Under the pieces are notes generated by a model. That model was given only the letters and a program-made list of their open reading frames with translations. It did no database searches and had not been told where the DNA came from. Shown here piece by piece: positions 18,544 to 26,244 of a stretch of 64,000 bases of DNA; the stretch's first letter is position 1; every line of letters begins with the position of its first letter. Both the position numbers and the translations under genes were made by a program. This DNA is from Thermoplasmata archaeon (GTDB lineage Archaea; Thermoplasmatota; Thermoplasmata; GCA-020350865), in the NCBI GenBank assembly GCA_020348445.1, contig CP070751.1, positions 125,906 through 189,905 of the forward strand. The letters run 5' to 3'.

Positions 18544-20247
18544 ATGGGGGCCTATAATAGGATTCTTGTATTCACAGCTGTTTTCATCTTGATTCTGTCA
18601 GTGATACCCATGAGCCTCGGGGAGGAAGGCGAAGGTGCCTTGGCCCAATGGACATTCATGGTCTATCTGGACTGCGATAATAATTTGGAACAAGCTGGAA
18701 TAGAGGATATAAATGAGATGGAAGCAGTGGGTTCCACAGATGATGTGAACATCATTGTTCAAATGGACCGTTGCGCCACAGACGGATACGATGAATCCAA
18801 TGGTGACTGGACAGGAGCAAAGAGGTTCTATGTGACAAAGGATGAGGATGAAAATACAATCGGCTCTGATGAAATCGAGGATCTAGATGAGGTCAATATG
18901 GGAGATCCGCAAACCCTGGTACAATTTGTAAAATGGACAATTGACAACTACCCTGCAGAAAAATACGCGTTGGTGCTGTGGAACCACGGGGGCGCTTTTT
19001 GGGGTGTGTGCTGGGACGAGGATGATGATGAAGATTGTTTGACTATGCCCGAATTGAAATGCGCCTTGGAAAATATAGAGGATTACCTGGGAAGGGATCT
19101 TGACCTAATTGGCTTTGATGCCTGTCTTATGGCACAGATGGCTGTGATGTACCAGATAAGAAACAGCGTGGATTATGCTGTCGCATCGGGTTACACTGAG
19201 CCTAACGATGGCTGGCCGTATAAAAAAATCCTTCCATATTTGGTATCGAATCCCCAGATGGGCCCTGTAGAATTGGGCACTGTCATAGCAAATGAGTATG
19301 TGGAGTCTTACACTGATTGGGAATCAGATCCTGAAGATACTTTAGCAATTACACAGGCAGTTTTCGACCTGGAAAAATTTGATGAGCTGGCATATCAGAT
19401 CAATTTCCTTTCCATGGTCCTTTCCACGAAAGCAGGTTACGCCTTCGAAGGCGGTCATAATGGGCAGATATGGCTTGCAAGGGATGATACCAATAGTTAT
19501 GATTACGGCACACAGTACCTACCAGGAAACAATGCCCCAATTGATCCCACTGGGTATTGTATGTACGACGTTATTCACCTTATGGAAAACCTACCAGAGA
19601 AAATTCTCCTTGACTCGGAAATACGGTCAGCTGCAGAGGCTGTAAAAACAGTTGCAAATGAAGCCATCGTTTACTTTGCTGTGGATGAGCCTCATGAACA
19701 AAAAGGCGCCCATGGATTGACCATATATTTCCCAGATGGAGAATACACCTTTTACGATGGTGATTTCGATGAATTGGATTTTGCCCAGGATATCTACTGG
19801 GATGATTTTCTCCATTACTTTCATAATACCGAAAATGCCCAAGATACACCACCTGGAGTTTTCATCACAACACCAGTGGATGACGATGTTATTGATCTTG
19901 GCAAAAATAACAAAATCAGGATACAGGGAACAGCCTTTGACGTGCAGGACCAGGTTTCCCTCATTGAAATAAAAATCGACGATGGGGAATGGATACCTGT
20001 GGGGGCCTCGACGCAGTGGAACCACGAGCTCTCATCTTCTGGATTGGAAAACGGAAACCACATCATTTATGCAAGATCCTTTGATGGAAAGGAATATTCT
20101 GCAGAGGATAGTGTAGAATTTTCTATAATAGGCAGTGGATCCAAATCTGATGAAACCTTATCCCCGCTGATTATTCTTTTATTGATAGTGATTGCAATCG
20201 CGGTATTATCGGGCCTCTTCTTTTATAAAAAACGAAAATCCAGTTAG
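18544..20247 (+). CDS. Clostripain-family (C11) cysteine peptidase with Ig-like domain and C-terminal membrane anchor
   Basis: Signal peptide, WTFMVYLDCDNNLE, LVLWNHGGAF (catalytic His), IGFDACLMA (catalytic Cys), C-terminal TM followed by KKRK. Confidence 0.9.
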   Translation: MGAYNRILVFTAVFILILSVIPMSLGEEGEGALAQWTFMVYLDCDNNLEQAGIEDINEMEAVGSTDDVNIIVQMDRCATDGYDESNGDWTGAKRFYVTKDEDENTIGSDEIEDLDEVNMGDPQTLVQFVKWTIDNYPAEKYALVLWNHGGAFWGVCWDEDDDEDCLTMPELKCALENIEDYLGRDLDLIGFDACLMAQMAVMYQIRNSVDYAVASGYTEPNDGWPYKKILPYLVSNPQMGPVELGTVIANEYVESYTDWESDPEDTLAITQAVFDLEKFDELAYQINFLSMVLSTKAGYAFEGGHNGQIWLARDDTNSYDYGTQYLPGNNAPIDPTGYCMYDVIHLMENLPEKILLDSEIRSAAEAVKTVANEAIVYFAVDEPHEQKGAHGLTIYFPDGEYTFYDGDFDELDFAQDIYWDDFLHYFHNTENAQDTPPGVFITTPVDDDVIDLGKNNKIRIQGTAFDVQDQVSLIEIKIDDGEWIPVGASTQWNHELSSSGLENGNHIIYARSFDGKEYSAEDSVEFSIIGSGSKSDETLSPLIILLLIVIAIAVLSGLFFYKKRKSS

Positions 20248-20248
20248 C

Positions 20249-20839
20249 TCATTTTGTGATCTCAGTATCCTCGGGAATGCTGTCTGAGAACGCTATCCCG
20301 AACCATTCGAACTCACCGTCAGGTGTTGGTTCATAGTACGTGTAGAGCACGTTCTTATCTATAAGATATGATAGAGATTCAGTTATCTTTGTCCTATCGA
20401 GTTTAATATCCTGGCGAATTTTATCAGCCATGTCATCCAAGCCCTTTTCCCTCTGGTTCTTGTGAGCCGAGACGCGGTACTTCCCATGAATCAACTGGCT
20501 CGCTATATATTGACCGATTCTCAAATGGGTGGTATCATAGTATATATTGTTACCTTTTCTTAGGAAATTTCCATAGTAAAATCCACATGCAGGGCATCTG
20601 TAAAGAGGCGGCTTTCCTTCATCACTCACGTTCTCCAATTCTGCATTGCTGCACATCTCACATTGAATTTTCTGTGTTTCTTTTTCAACCAGCTCAACTG
20701 TTACCTCCTCTGGCAAGGTCTCGTCTATCATTTTGGGGGTATCTCCCTCAGTTGGTACCTTGCTATCCTGTTTGGCTCCGCATTTTTCGCAGAAGTTCGC
20801 CTCGTCTGATATATCGGCACCGCAGTTGGAACAAAACAT
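20249..20839 (-). CDS. Zinc-ribbon domain protein (soluble; two further CxxC motifs, possible C-terminal winged helix)
   Basis: MFCSNCGADISDEANFCEKCG, then CEMC...CPACG, no TM helix. Confidence 0.72.
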   Translation of the reverse strand: MFCSNCGADISDEANFCEKCGAKQDSKVPTEGDTPKMIDETLPEEVTVELVEKETQKIQCEMCSNAELENVSDEGKPPLYRCPACGFYYGNFLRKGNNIYYDTTHLRIGQYIASQLIHGKYRVSAHKNQREKGLDDMADKIRQDIKLDRTKITESLSYLIDKNVLYTYYEPTPDGEFEWFGIAFSDSIPEDTEITK

Positions 20840-20938
20840 ATTATCAGCTTCCTTATCATGTCTTAATCATTTCAGATTTATATCAGGTGGGTGAATGGCA
20901 TTTTTAGGATAAGAATATTGTTACCGAACACCATCTAC

Positions 20939-21940
20939 TCAATTTCTTAAACTCGATATATCCTCTGCAGTTATGATCCCTTTTTCAGTGATATAGCCAG
21001 TTACATATTTTTTGGGTGTGACATCAAAGGCAGGATTTCTGGCCCTTGTTTGGTCAGGAGCGATGTTCCTTTGGCCGATTATCAACACTTCTTCTTGTCC
21101 TCTTTCTTCTATTGGGATATCCTTTCCGTTTTCTAAAGAAAAGTCGAAAGTTGTGATGGGGGCTGCAACATAGAAAGGGATGTTGTTCTCGTGTGCCAAA
21201 ACCGCTTTCTCATACGTCCCGATCTTGTTGGCGAAATCACCGTTATTTGTTATTCTATCGGCACCTACGATCACCAGGTTTATTTCACCTTTTTGCATGA
21301 AATGGCCTGCTGCATTGTCCGCGATCAAAGCATGTGGTATACCCTCGTTTTGCAGTTCCCAGGCAGTAAGTCTGGCACCCTGCAATCTCGGTCTTGTTTC
21401 ATCAACGAAGACAAATATCTTTTTACCGTTTTGGTGAGCCAATCTTATGGGTGATAAGGCGGTTCCAAAATCCACTGTGGCCAGAGCCCCGGCATTGCAG
21501 TGTGTAAGAATTTTATTTTCATTTTTAATCAATTTTTCGCCGTGCTCGCCGATTTTTTGGCACTTATTGAGAATCGAATTAACGTACTCCTCTGCCGAAT
21601 TTTTTAATTTTGCTCCCTTGCTTATCTCACCCAACATATAATCCACAGCTGTAAAAAGATCCTGGGCCGTGGGTCTTGTGGCCTTCAGTTGTGATGCAGC
21701 CTCATTTAAATCCATCTCAAGCAAACTGGCCTGTGCCATGCCGTATGCAGCTGCGGCTCCTATTGCAGGTGCGCCCCTTACCACCATGTCCTTGATTGCG
21801 TATGCCACATCCTCAAGGGCCTGCGCCAAGAAGAATTCGAGCTTGAGGGGGAGCTGTCGCTGGTCAATAAACATGATTTTGGTTTCCTCCATCCAGACGG
21901 AGCGCATGTCCTTGGTTTCACCATTAATGTTTACCTTCAT
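20939..21940 (-). CDS. mtnA: S-methyl-5-thioribose-1-phosphate isomerase (eIF-2B-like family)
   Basis: FIDQRQLP, MVVRGAPAIG, TRPTA, THCNAGALATVDFGTAL, DETRPRLQGARLTAWEL, ANKIGTY, NPAFDVTP. Start moved to MKVNING. Confidence 0.88.
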   Translation of the reverse strand: MKVNINGETKDMRSVWMEETKIMFIDQRQLPLKLEFFLAQALEDVAYAIKDMVVRGAPAIGAAAAYGMAQASLLEMDLNEAASQLKATRPTAQDLFTAVDYMLGEISKGAKLKNSAEEYVNSILNKCQKIGEHGEKLIKNENKILTHCNAGALATVDFGTALSPIRLAHQNGKKIFVFVDETRPRLQGARLTAWELQNEGIPHALIADNAAGHFMQKGEINLVIVGADRITNNGDFANKIGTYEKAVLAHENNIPFYVAAPITTFDFSLENGKDIPIEERGQEEVLIIGQRNIAPDQTRARNPAFDVTPKKYVTGYITEKGIITAEDISSLRN

Positions 21941-22089
21941 GGGGCCACCGAATGCCGCAATCTCTAGTGTAAACAATGTTTCCAGTTTTAAGTGTTATGA
22001 TATTGGGGAGTTTAGCAAATAACCAGGATTCCCAAAAAATAGATATACTATACTTTTCTTCTAATGCGTGAAAGTAATGGGGGACATAT

Positions 22090-22839
22090 ATGACTGAGAT
22101 AAAAGATAAAATCGCGTTAATCACTGGTTCTTCAAGGGGTATAGGTAGAGCAACCGCTTTAGAACTTGCAAGGGAAAAGGCCAAAGTCGTGGTAAATTAT
22201 GTGAAAAACAAAGAAAAGGCCGAGGAAGTTGTTTCTTTAATCAAAAATGAAGGCGGGGAAGCCATTGCAGTTTACGCAGATGTCTCAAACCCCCAAGATG
22301 TGGAAAATATGAAGGCCACCATAGGCCAGCTGATGGGAGAGGTGAACATACTCGTTAACAATGCTGGGATTCACCAGCATCTCAAAAGCTGGGAGCTTTC
22401 ATCAGATGACTGGAACAGGGTAATAGGAGTCAATCTCACAGGGGTTTTCAACTGCTCAAAGACCTTTTCAAAGGACATGATCTCAAGGAAATGGGGCAGA
22501 ATCGTGAACATCTCCTCCATCATAGCAGATATCGGGACAGACCATGAAGTCCATTACGCTGCCTCAAAGGGAGGGGTACTCTCAGCTACCAAATCCCTTG
22601 CACTGGAATTGGCACCTTACAACATCACAGTGAATGCTGTCTCCCCTGGCTATATAAAAACTGACATGACCAAGTTCTCCAGTGAGGAAGAAAAACTATA
22701 CTATCTCGGGAAGATACCATTAAAAAGACTTGGGCATCCATCCGAGATCGCGGATTCTGTGGTGTTCCTGTGCTCAGATAAGGCCTCTTATATAACAGGG
22801 CAGGTTTTGCATGTGAACGGGGGATTGGCGTTCCCTTAA
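22090..22839 (+). CDS. fabG: Short-chain dehydrogenase/reductase, 3-oxoacyl-[ACP] reductase-like
   Basis: TGSSRGIG, NNAGI, YAASK catalytic motif, VNAVSPGYIKTDM, YITGQVLHVNGG. The substrate is not determinable from sequence. Confidence 0.75.
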   Translation: MTEIKDKIALITGSSRGIGRATALELAREKAKVVVNYVKNKEKAEEVVSLIKNEGGEAIAVYADVSNPQDVENMKATIGQLMGEVNILVNNAGIHQHLKSWELSSDDWNRVIGVNLTGVFNCSKTFSKDMISRKWGRIVNISSIIADIGTDHEVHYAASKGGVLSATKSLALELAPYNITVNAVSPGYIKTDMTKFSSEEEKLYYLGKIPLKRLGHPSEIADSVVFLCSDKASYITGQVLHVNGGLAFP

Positions 22840-22997
22840 TTGCTATTTCGAGAGGGGGAGATGGACTAATGGGGGAAAAATACCAAAAAATACTTAAGAA
22901 CCAAGACTATTGTATCTTGAAAGAAATATGCAGTTCAAAGGTAAAAATTAGACTATAAAATAACAAGGGGGAGTAGGGTTTGGTATCTATAGAAATC

Positions 22998-23693
22998 ATG
23001 GAAAATATCGACCTGGAAGAGGGAAAGATCCGAATAAAGGGGAAGTGGTTAACGGAGGACGAGATCAGATATGCTATTAAGATGAAGGTCTCCTCTGATG
23101 ACTACAATGTCGCCGATTTGGCAGTAGCCTTACAAACTCTAATAACCGAGATGAACAAAAGCACTGTTCTAAAGGTGAGAGTGCCAAAGACATTGGCCGA
23201 GGAATTCGAGAATATCGGCAAAGAAAGGGATGAGACGGTAGAGACGGTGCTTAGAAACATACTCATGGATTATATCAGCGGAGAGGGGGAAGAATCCGAG
23301 AACCCCTATGAGGAGGAAGAAACAGAAGTCTACGAAGAGGTTGAAGTTGAACCATCCAGTGAGATAGTCCGGGGTGTTGTCGTTGATGAGGTGGTTGAGA
23401 GCGAGCCAGAAGAATACATATCTGATGATAGGGACGAGGAAATCGAAATCGGAATCGATGAAGATGAAAGGGACGAGGAGCTTTTACATTTAGAGAATAC
23501 GGATGAAGATACCGAATTAGAGGATATCGATATAGAAGAGGATTTGGGGGTTGAAGATCTCCCAGAGTTCCAATCTACTCAAAATAAGGCAAAAGAGAAA
23601 ATGGATGAGGTAGTTGGAAGTCAAAAGAAAAAGAAAGCAGCCAAGAAAAAAACCATTATCAGAAGAAAAAAACTGAGACAAAAAATACGCTGA
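22998..23693 (+). CDS. Hypothetical protein with a possible ribbon-helix-helix domain, long acidic tract and basic tail
   Basis: VLKVRVPKTLAEEFENIG...VETVLRNILMDYI resembles RHH, followed by a D/E-rich region and a K/R-rich end. Confidence 0.65.
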   Translation: MENIDLEEGKIRIKGKWLTEDEIRYAIKMKVSSDDYNVADLAVALQTLITEMNKSTVLKVRVPKTLAEEFENIGKERDETVETVLRNILMDYISGEGEESENPYEEEETEVYEEVEVEPSSEIVRGVVVDEVVESEPEEYISDDRDEEIEIGIDEDERDEELLHLENTDEDTELEDIDIEEDLGVEDLPEFQSTQNKAKEKMDEVVGSQKKKKAAKKKTIIRRKKLRQKIR

Positions 23694-23719
23694 TGCTCTA
23701 GAATCTATTGGTTGATATT

Positions 23720-24208
23720 ATGCCCATCCGCCTGAAGAAAAGGCACAGGCTCAGAAAAAAAGAAATTAAAGCAATATCTGAGCATTTTGTCTCGATTTTT
23801 TTAAAACCGTGCATATCAGTATACGAAACCGTGGATAGGGCTGATGTTGGGAAATTCGATGTGATTCTAGTAAATGGTGAAATCCTGGGTATGGTCCTAA
23901 ACGACATGCCTTTTTTAACGGTGAAAGGGCTTTTAAAGTACCATCCTGAAAAACTTTATGTAACTGTGGACATGGGCGCCGTTAAATTCGTTTACAACGG
24001 AGCTGATGTAATGGCACCAGGCATCGTGGATGCGGATTCTGGCATCTCATCTGGCGATCTTGTATGGATAAGGGATGAAAAAAATTTAAAGCCCCTAGCT
24101 GTAGGCAAAGCATTGATGGATGGTTCTGAAATGATTCATTCAAACAAAGGTAAAGCTGTCATATCCATCCACCATGTGGGTGACGACATATGGAACCATG
24201 AAACCTGA
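23720..24208 (+). CDS. PUA-domain RNA-binding protein (archaeal DUF1947+PUA type)
   Basis: PFLTVKGLL, VTVDMGAVKFVYNGADVMAPGIVDAD, KGKAVISIHHVGDDIW. Confidence 0.9.
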   Translation: MPIRLKKRHRLRKKEIKAISEHFVSIFLKPCISVYETVDRADVGKFDVILVNGEILGMVLNDMPFLTVKGLLKYHPEKLYVTVDMGAVKFVYNGADVMAPGIVDADSGISSGDLVWIRDEKNLKPLAVGKALMDGSEMIHSNKGKAVISIHHVGDDIWNHET

Positions 24209-24285
24209 ATCTTGCATTTTTTAACCTGGGTACATTAATCATAATGATAATAAAAAAAATTGGGGATGTTCGATGCTGATTGTTA

Positions 24286-24663
24286 TTAATACGGTCCCTT
24301 GATCTTTGCCCTATCGATTTTCACTCCCTCAGGCGTAACGATAAGAAGATTCTTACTTACACCTGCAAGATCTCCCCCTACATCCCGTGAGACAGCCTTC
24401 AGTTCATTGGTTATCCGCCTTAGTGCAAGGTTATCTTTGGCTATGGGAGTAAAATCCAAAAGTAGGATGTTACCGCCGTAAACATACGATGTAAGGTCAC
24501 CCAAATCTTCATATCTATGTAATTCCGCGACTTTCACGTTCATTTTTGCGGGGAAAGCTCCAATATCCTCCCCTTCCATGTACAATTCACCTAGGTCTAT
24601 ATACTTCTCAGGTTCACCTGGTGGTGCCTCGCTTTTAAACTTTTTAAATGGTCTCTTTACCAC
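24286..24663 (-). CDS. sepF: Cell division protein SepF
   Basis: EKYIDLG, VKVAEL, VYGGNILLLDFT, GGDLAGVSKNLLIVTPEGVKIDR. GTG start about 6 nt after a GAGGTG SD. Confidence 0.88.
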   Translation of the reverse strand: MVKRPFKKFKSEAPPGEPEKYIDLGELYMEGEDIGAFPAKMNVKVAELHRYEDLGDLTSYVYGGNILLLDFTPIAKDNLALRRITNELKAVSRDVGGDLAGVSKNLLIVTPEGVKIDRAKIKGPY

Positions 24664-24894
24664 GTACAACACCTCTTCTTGCTCTCTGTATCGGTAACCA
24701 TTTATATAAATATAAGCTTTTTTGATGGTTCTTTGGGAAACTGAACTACATGAAAATTACAAATTAAGATATTTGTATTGTCCCAAATAAATACCTATTA
24801 AACACCAAGTTATCACCCTCAGAATAAATAAAATAAGGTCATTAAATGTAGGAAAGGTTTATAATCGATGTTACAAATAATGGTCCTCGGTTGA

Positions 24895-25113
24895 ATGGCA
24901 GAAGAGAATCTAAGGGAGCTAGATATGAGAGTATATCAGTACATAAAGCTCAACGATTTCGAGACTAACAAATGGTCCACATCTGAGGCAGCTAAATCTT
25001 TGGGTGTTGACGAGAGTGAGATATACGAATCGCTGGCCAATTTATCGAAGCACATGAAGGACAAGGTTTGGATATATTATAAGGACGGTGGGTTGAGGAT
25101 CGCGGCGGAGTGA
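24895..25113 (+). CDS. Small helix-turn-helix-like hypothetical protein
   Basis: TTTATAAT box upstream. STSEAAKSLGVDESEIYESLANL resembles an HTH. Ends 6 nt before tRNA-iMet. Confidence 0.7.
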   Translation: MAEENLRELDMRVYQYIKLNDFETNKWSTSEAAKSLGVDESEIYESLANLSKHMKDKVWIYYKDGGLRIAAE

Positions 25114-25119
25114 TCTTGT

Positions 25120-25247
25120 AGCGGGGTGGGGTAGCCAGGAAATCCCGAGGCATCTACCATAACCTCTTCGTATCATGCCTTGAGGCCTGATATCCCGACG
25201 GGCTCATAACCCGTAGATCGATAGTTCAAATCTATCCCCCGCTACCA
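25120..25247 (+). tRNA. tRNA-Met(CAT), initiator, with a 50-nt D-loop intron and encoded CCA
   Basis: Spliced form: acceptor AGCGGGG/CCCCGCT (A1-U72), D arm GGGT-AGCCAGGAAA-TCCC, anticodon stem ACGGG/CCCGT with three G-C pairs, loop CTCATAA (CAT at 25205-25207), T arm GATAG-TTCAAAT-CTATC, then ACCA. Confidence 0.93.
25142..25191 (+). other. Non-canonical tRNA intron (position about 20a/21) with a relaxed bulge-helix-bulge motif
   Basis: Central helix CAGG 25136-39 / CCTG 25186-89, bulges AAA and ATA, inner helix 25143-53 / 25175-85 (10 of 11 pairs). Cutting after the second nucleotide of each bulge restores GGAAATCCCG. Confidence 0.85.
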
Positions 25248-25366
25248 ATTATTTATTTCTTATAATCATCCTGTTTCTAATGAAATGTTGTTGGAAGACA
25301 AAATAATTTCTTAAACTTTGAAGGGATGAAAGGCAATTTTAAATCACCCATATTCTCCTTTCATCC

Positions 25367-25433
25367 GAGTGCGAAGTTATAATTAGACGTCGAATGGTTC
25401 TTAAGCTTCGCACTCCCCCGCTACTATAATCAT
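25367..25433 (+). repeat. tRNA-3'-end-fused hairpin element M1
   Basis: GAGTGCGAAG / CTTCGCACTC arms, 29-nt spacer TTATAATT...GGTTCTTAAG, then a copy of the tRNA-iMet 3' end TCCCCCGCTA and CTATAATCAT. Confidence 0.8.
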
Positions 25434-25450
25434 TATATAATTAGAATCGC

Positions 25451-25513
25451 AGCGTGTCAGTCGATGTTAAGTTGGTACGTTAGTTGATTCTTAAGCATCG
25501 ACATCCCCCGCTA
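25451..25513 (+). repeat. tRNA-3'-end-fused hairpin element M2
   Basis: GTCGATG (25460-66) / CATCGAC (25496-502) arms, 29-nt spacer TTAAG...GATTCTTAAG, then ATCCCCCGCTA. Confidence 0.8.
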
Positions 25514-25524
25514 TCTTCAATAAT

Positions 25525-25560
25525 TTCTTAAGATTCACGATCCTCCTCTACTATAATCAT
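25525..25560 (+). repeat. Degenerate right half of the hairpin element (M3)
   Basis: TTCTTAAG, 8 nt, TCCTCCTCTA, CTATAATCAT. Same spacing as M1 but with no left arm. Confidence 0.6.
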
Positions 25561-25952
25561 TAAAACTGATTGGTATCAAGATTTAATGATTCGTCATCTG
25601 GGTCGATTCTGTGAAGTACGTTTTTCCATACAATTTCAGATACGATCTCTGGTTTCAAATTTCCACTGGCCCAGCGCTCAATATCTTCTAAAGGAGGCTT
25701 GTACCCATAATATTTCTCTGCAACGTGAATCAGATCATTGAGCATTTGGTTCACAAAAAACTCACTGGTAATCACGATTTCGCATTCTGAAAGCATCTCA
25801 ATGGGCGGTTTTCCCTTTTCCCGGGGGACGGAAGTTGCCAAACTCTCAAATAAAAATCTAATCCTGCCTTTTTCAAAGGTGCTGACCTTAACAGCCGAAG
25901 GATATATTACCCTAAAGATAGGACTTCTTTTTGTATCCAATTTTATCTCCAT
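25560..25952 (-). CDS. Hypothetical protein
   Basis: 130-aa ORF with an AGGTGA SD and protein-like composition. No motif confidently recognised. Confidence 0.65.
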   Translation of the reverse strand: MEIKLDTKRSPIFRVIYPSAVKVSTFEKGRIRFLFESLATSVPREKGKPPIEMLSECEIVITSEFFVNQMLNDLIHVAEKYYGYKPPLEDIERWASGNLKPEIVSEIVWKNVLHRIDPDDESLNLDTNQF

Positions 25953-25995
25953 TAAATCACCTACTCCACATTCTTTTATCGCTTTATGTATGTTT

Positions 25996-26199
25996 CTATC
26001 TTGGTCTATACTTCTCCATCCTATTAAGTAATATTCTAAGATCGGTTTTTAAGGGTGTGTCTGATTTGGCCATCAAATCATTTACAGCCACAACCAATCC
26101 TTCTATACTATTTTCCTTATGCCCATCCAGGAATTCCTTGATCGTCTTCGGATCGGAAAGATAGGGTAAAACCTCTTCATACAAATCATCTACGTTCAT
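25996..26199 (-). CDS. Small helical hypothetical protein
   Basis: ORF downstream of and co-oriented with the aminopeptidase. Start moved to MNVDDLYEEV. Confidence 0.6.
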   Translation of the reverse strand: MNVDDLYEEVLPYLSDPKTIKEFLDGHKENSIEGLVVAVNDLMAKSDTPLKTDLRILLNRMEKYRPR

Positions 26200-26244
26200 G
26201 ACACCCACAACCAACCCGATTTACCTTGCCAGACTTCCTTTAAA

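Noticed and set aside
22090-22839. fabG-like gene as evidence of bacterial-type fatty acid synthesis
   Set aside because: No ACP or other fab genes are nearby, and SDRs of this kind are widespread in archaea with varied substrates.
22893-22903. Minus-strand GGTTCTTAAG matching the element core
   Set aside because: It has no complementary arms at the 29-nt spacing and no tRNA 3'-end copy, so it is treated as chance.
25142-25191. Intron-encoded C/D box guide RNA
   Set aside because: A CTGA (D-box-like) sequence is present at the 3' end, but there is no RTGATGA C box.
25367-25513. Hairpin elements as Xer/dif sites
   Set aside because: dif sites have ~11-bp arms around a 6-bp spacer. Here the spacer is 29 nt and the arms vary.
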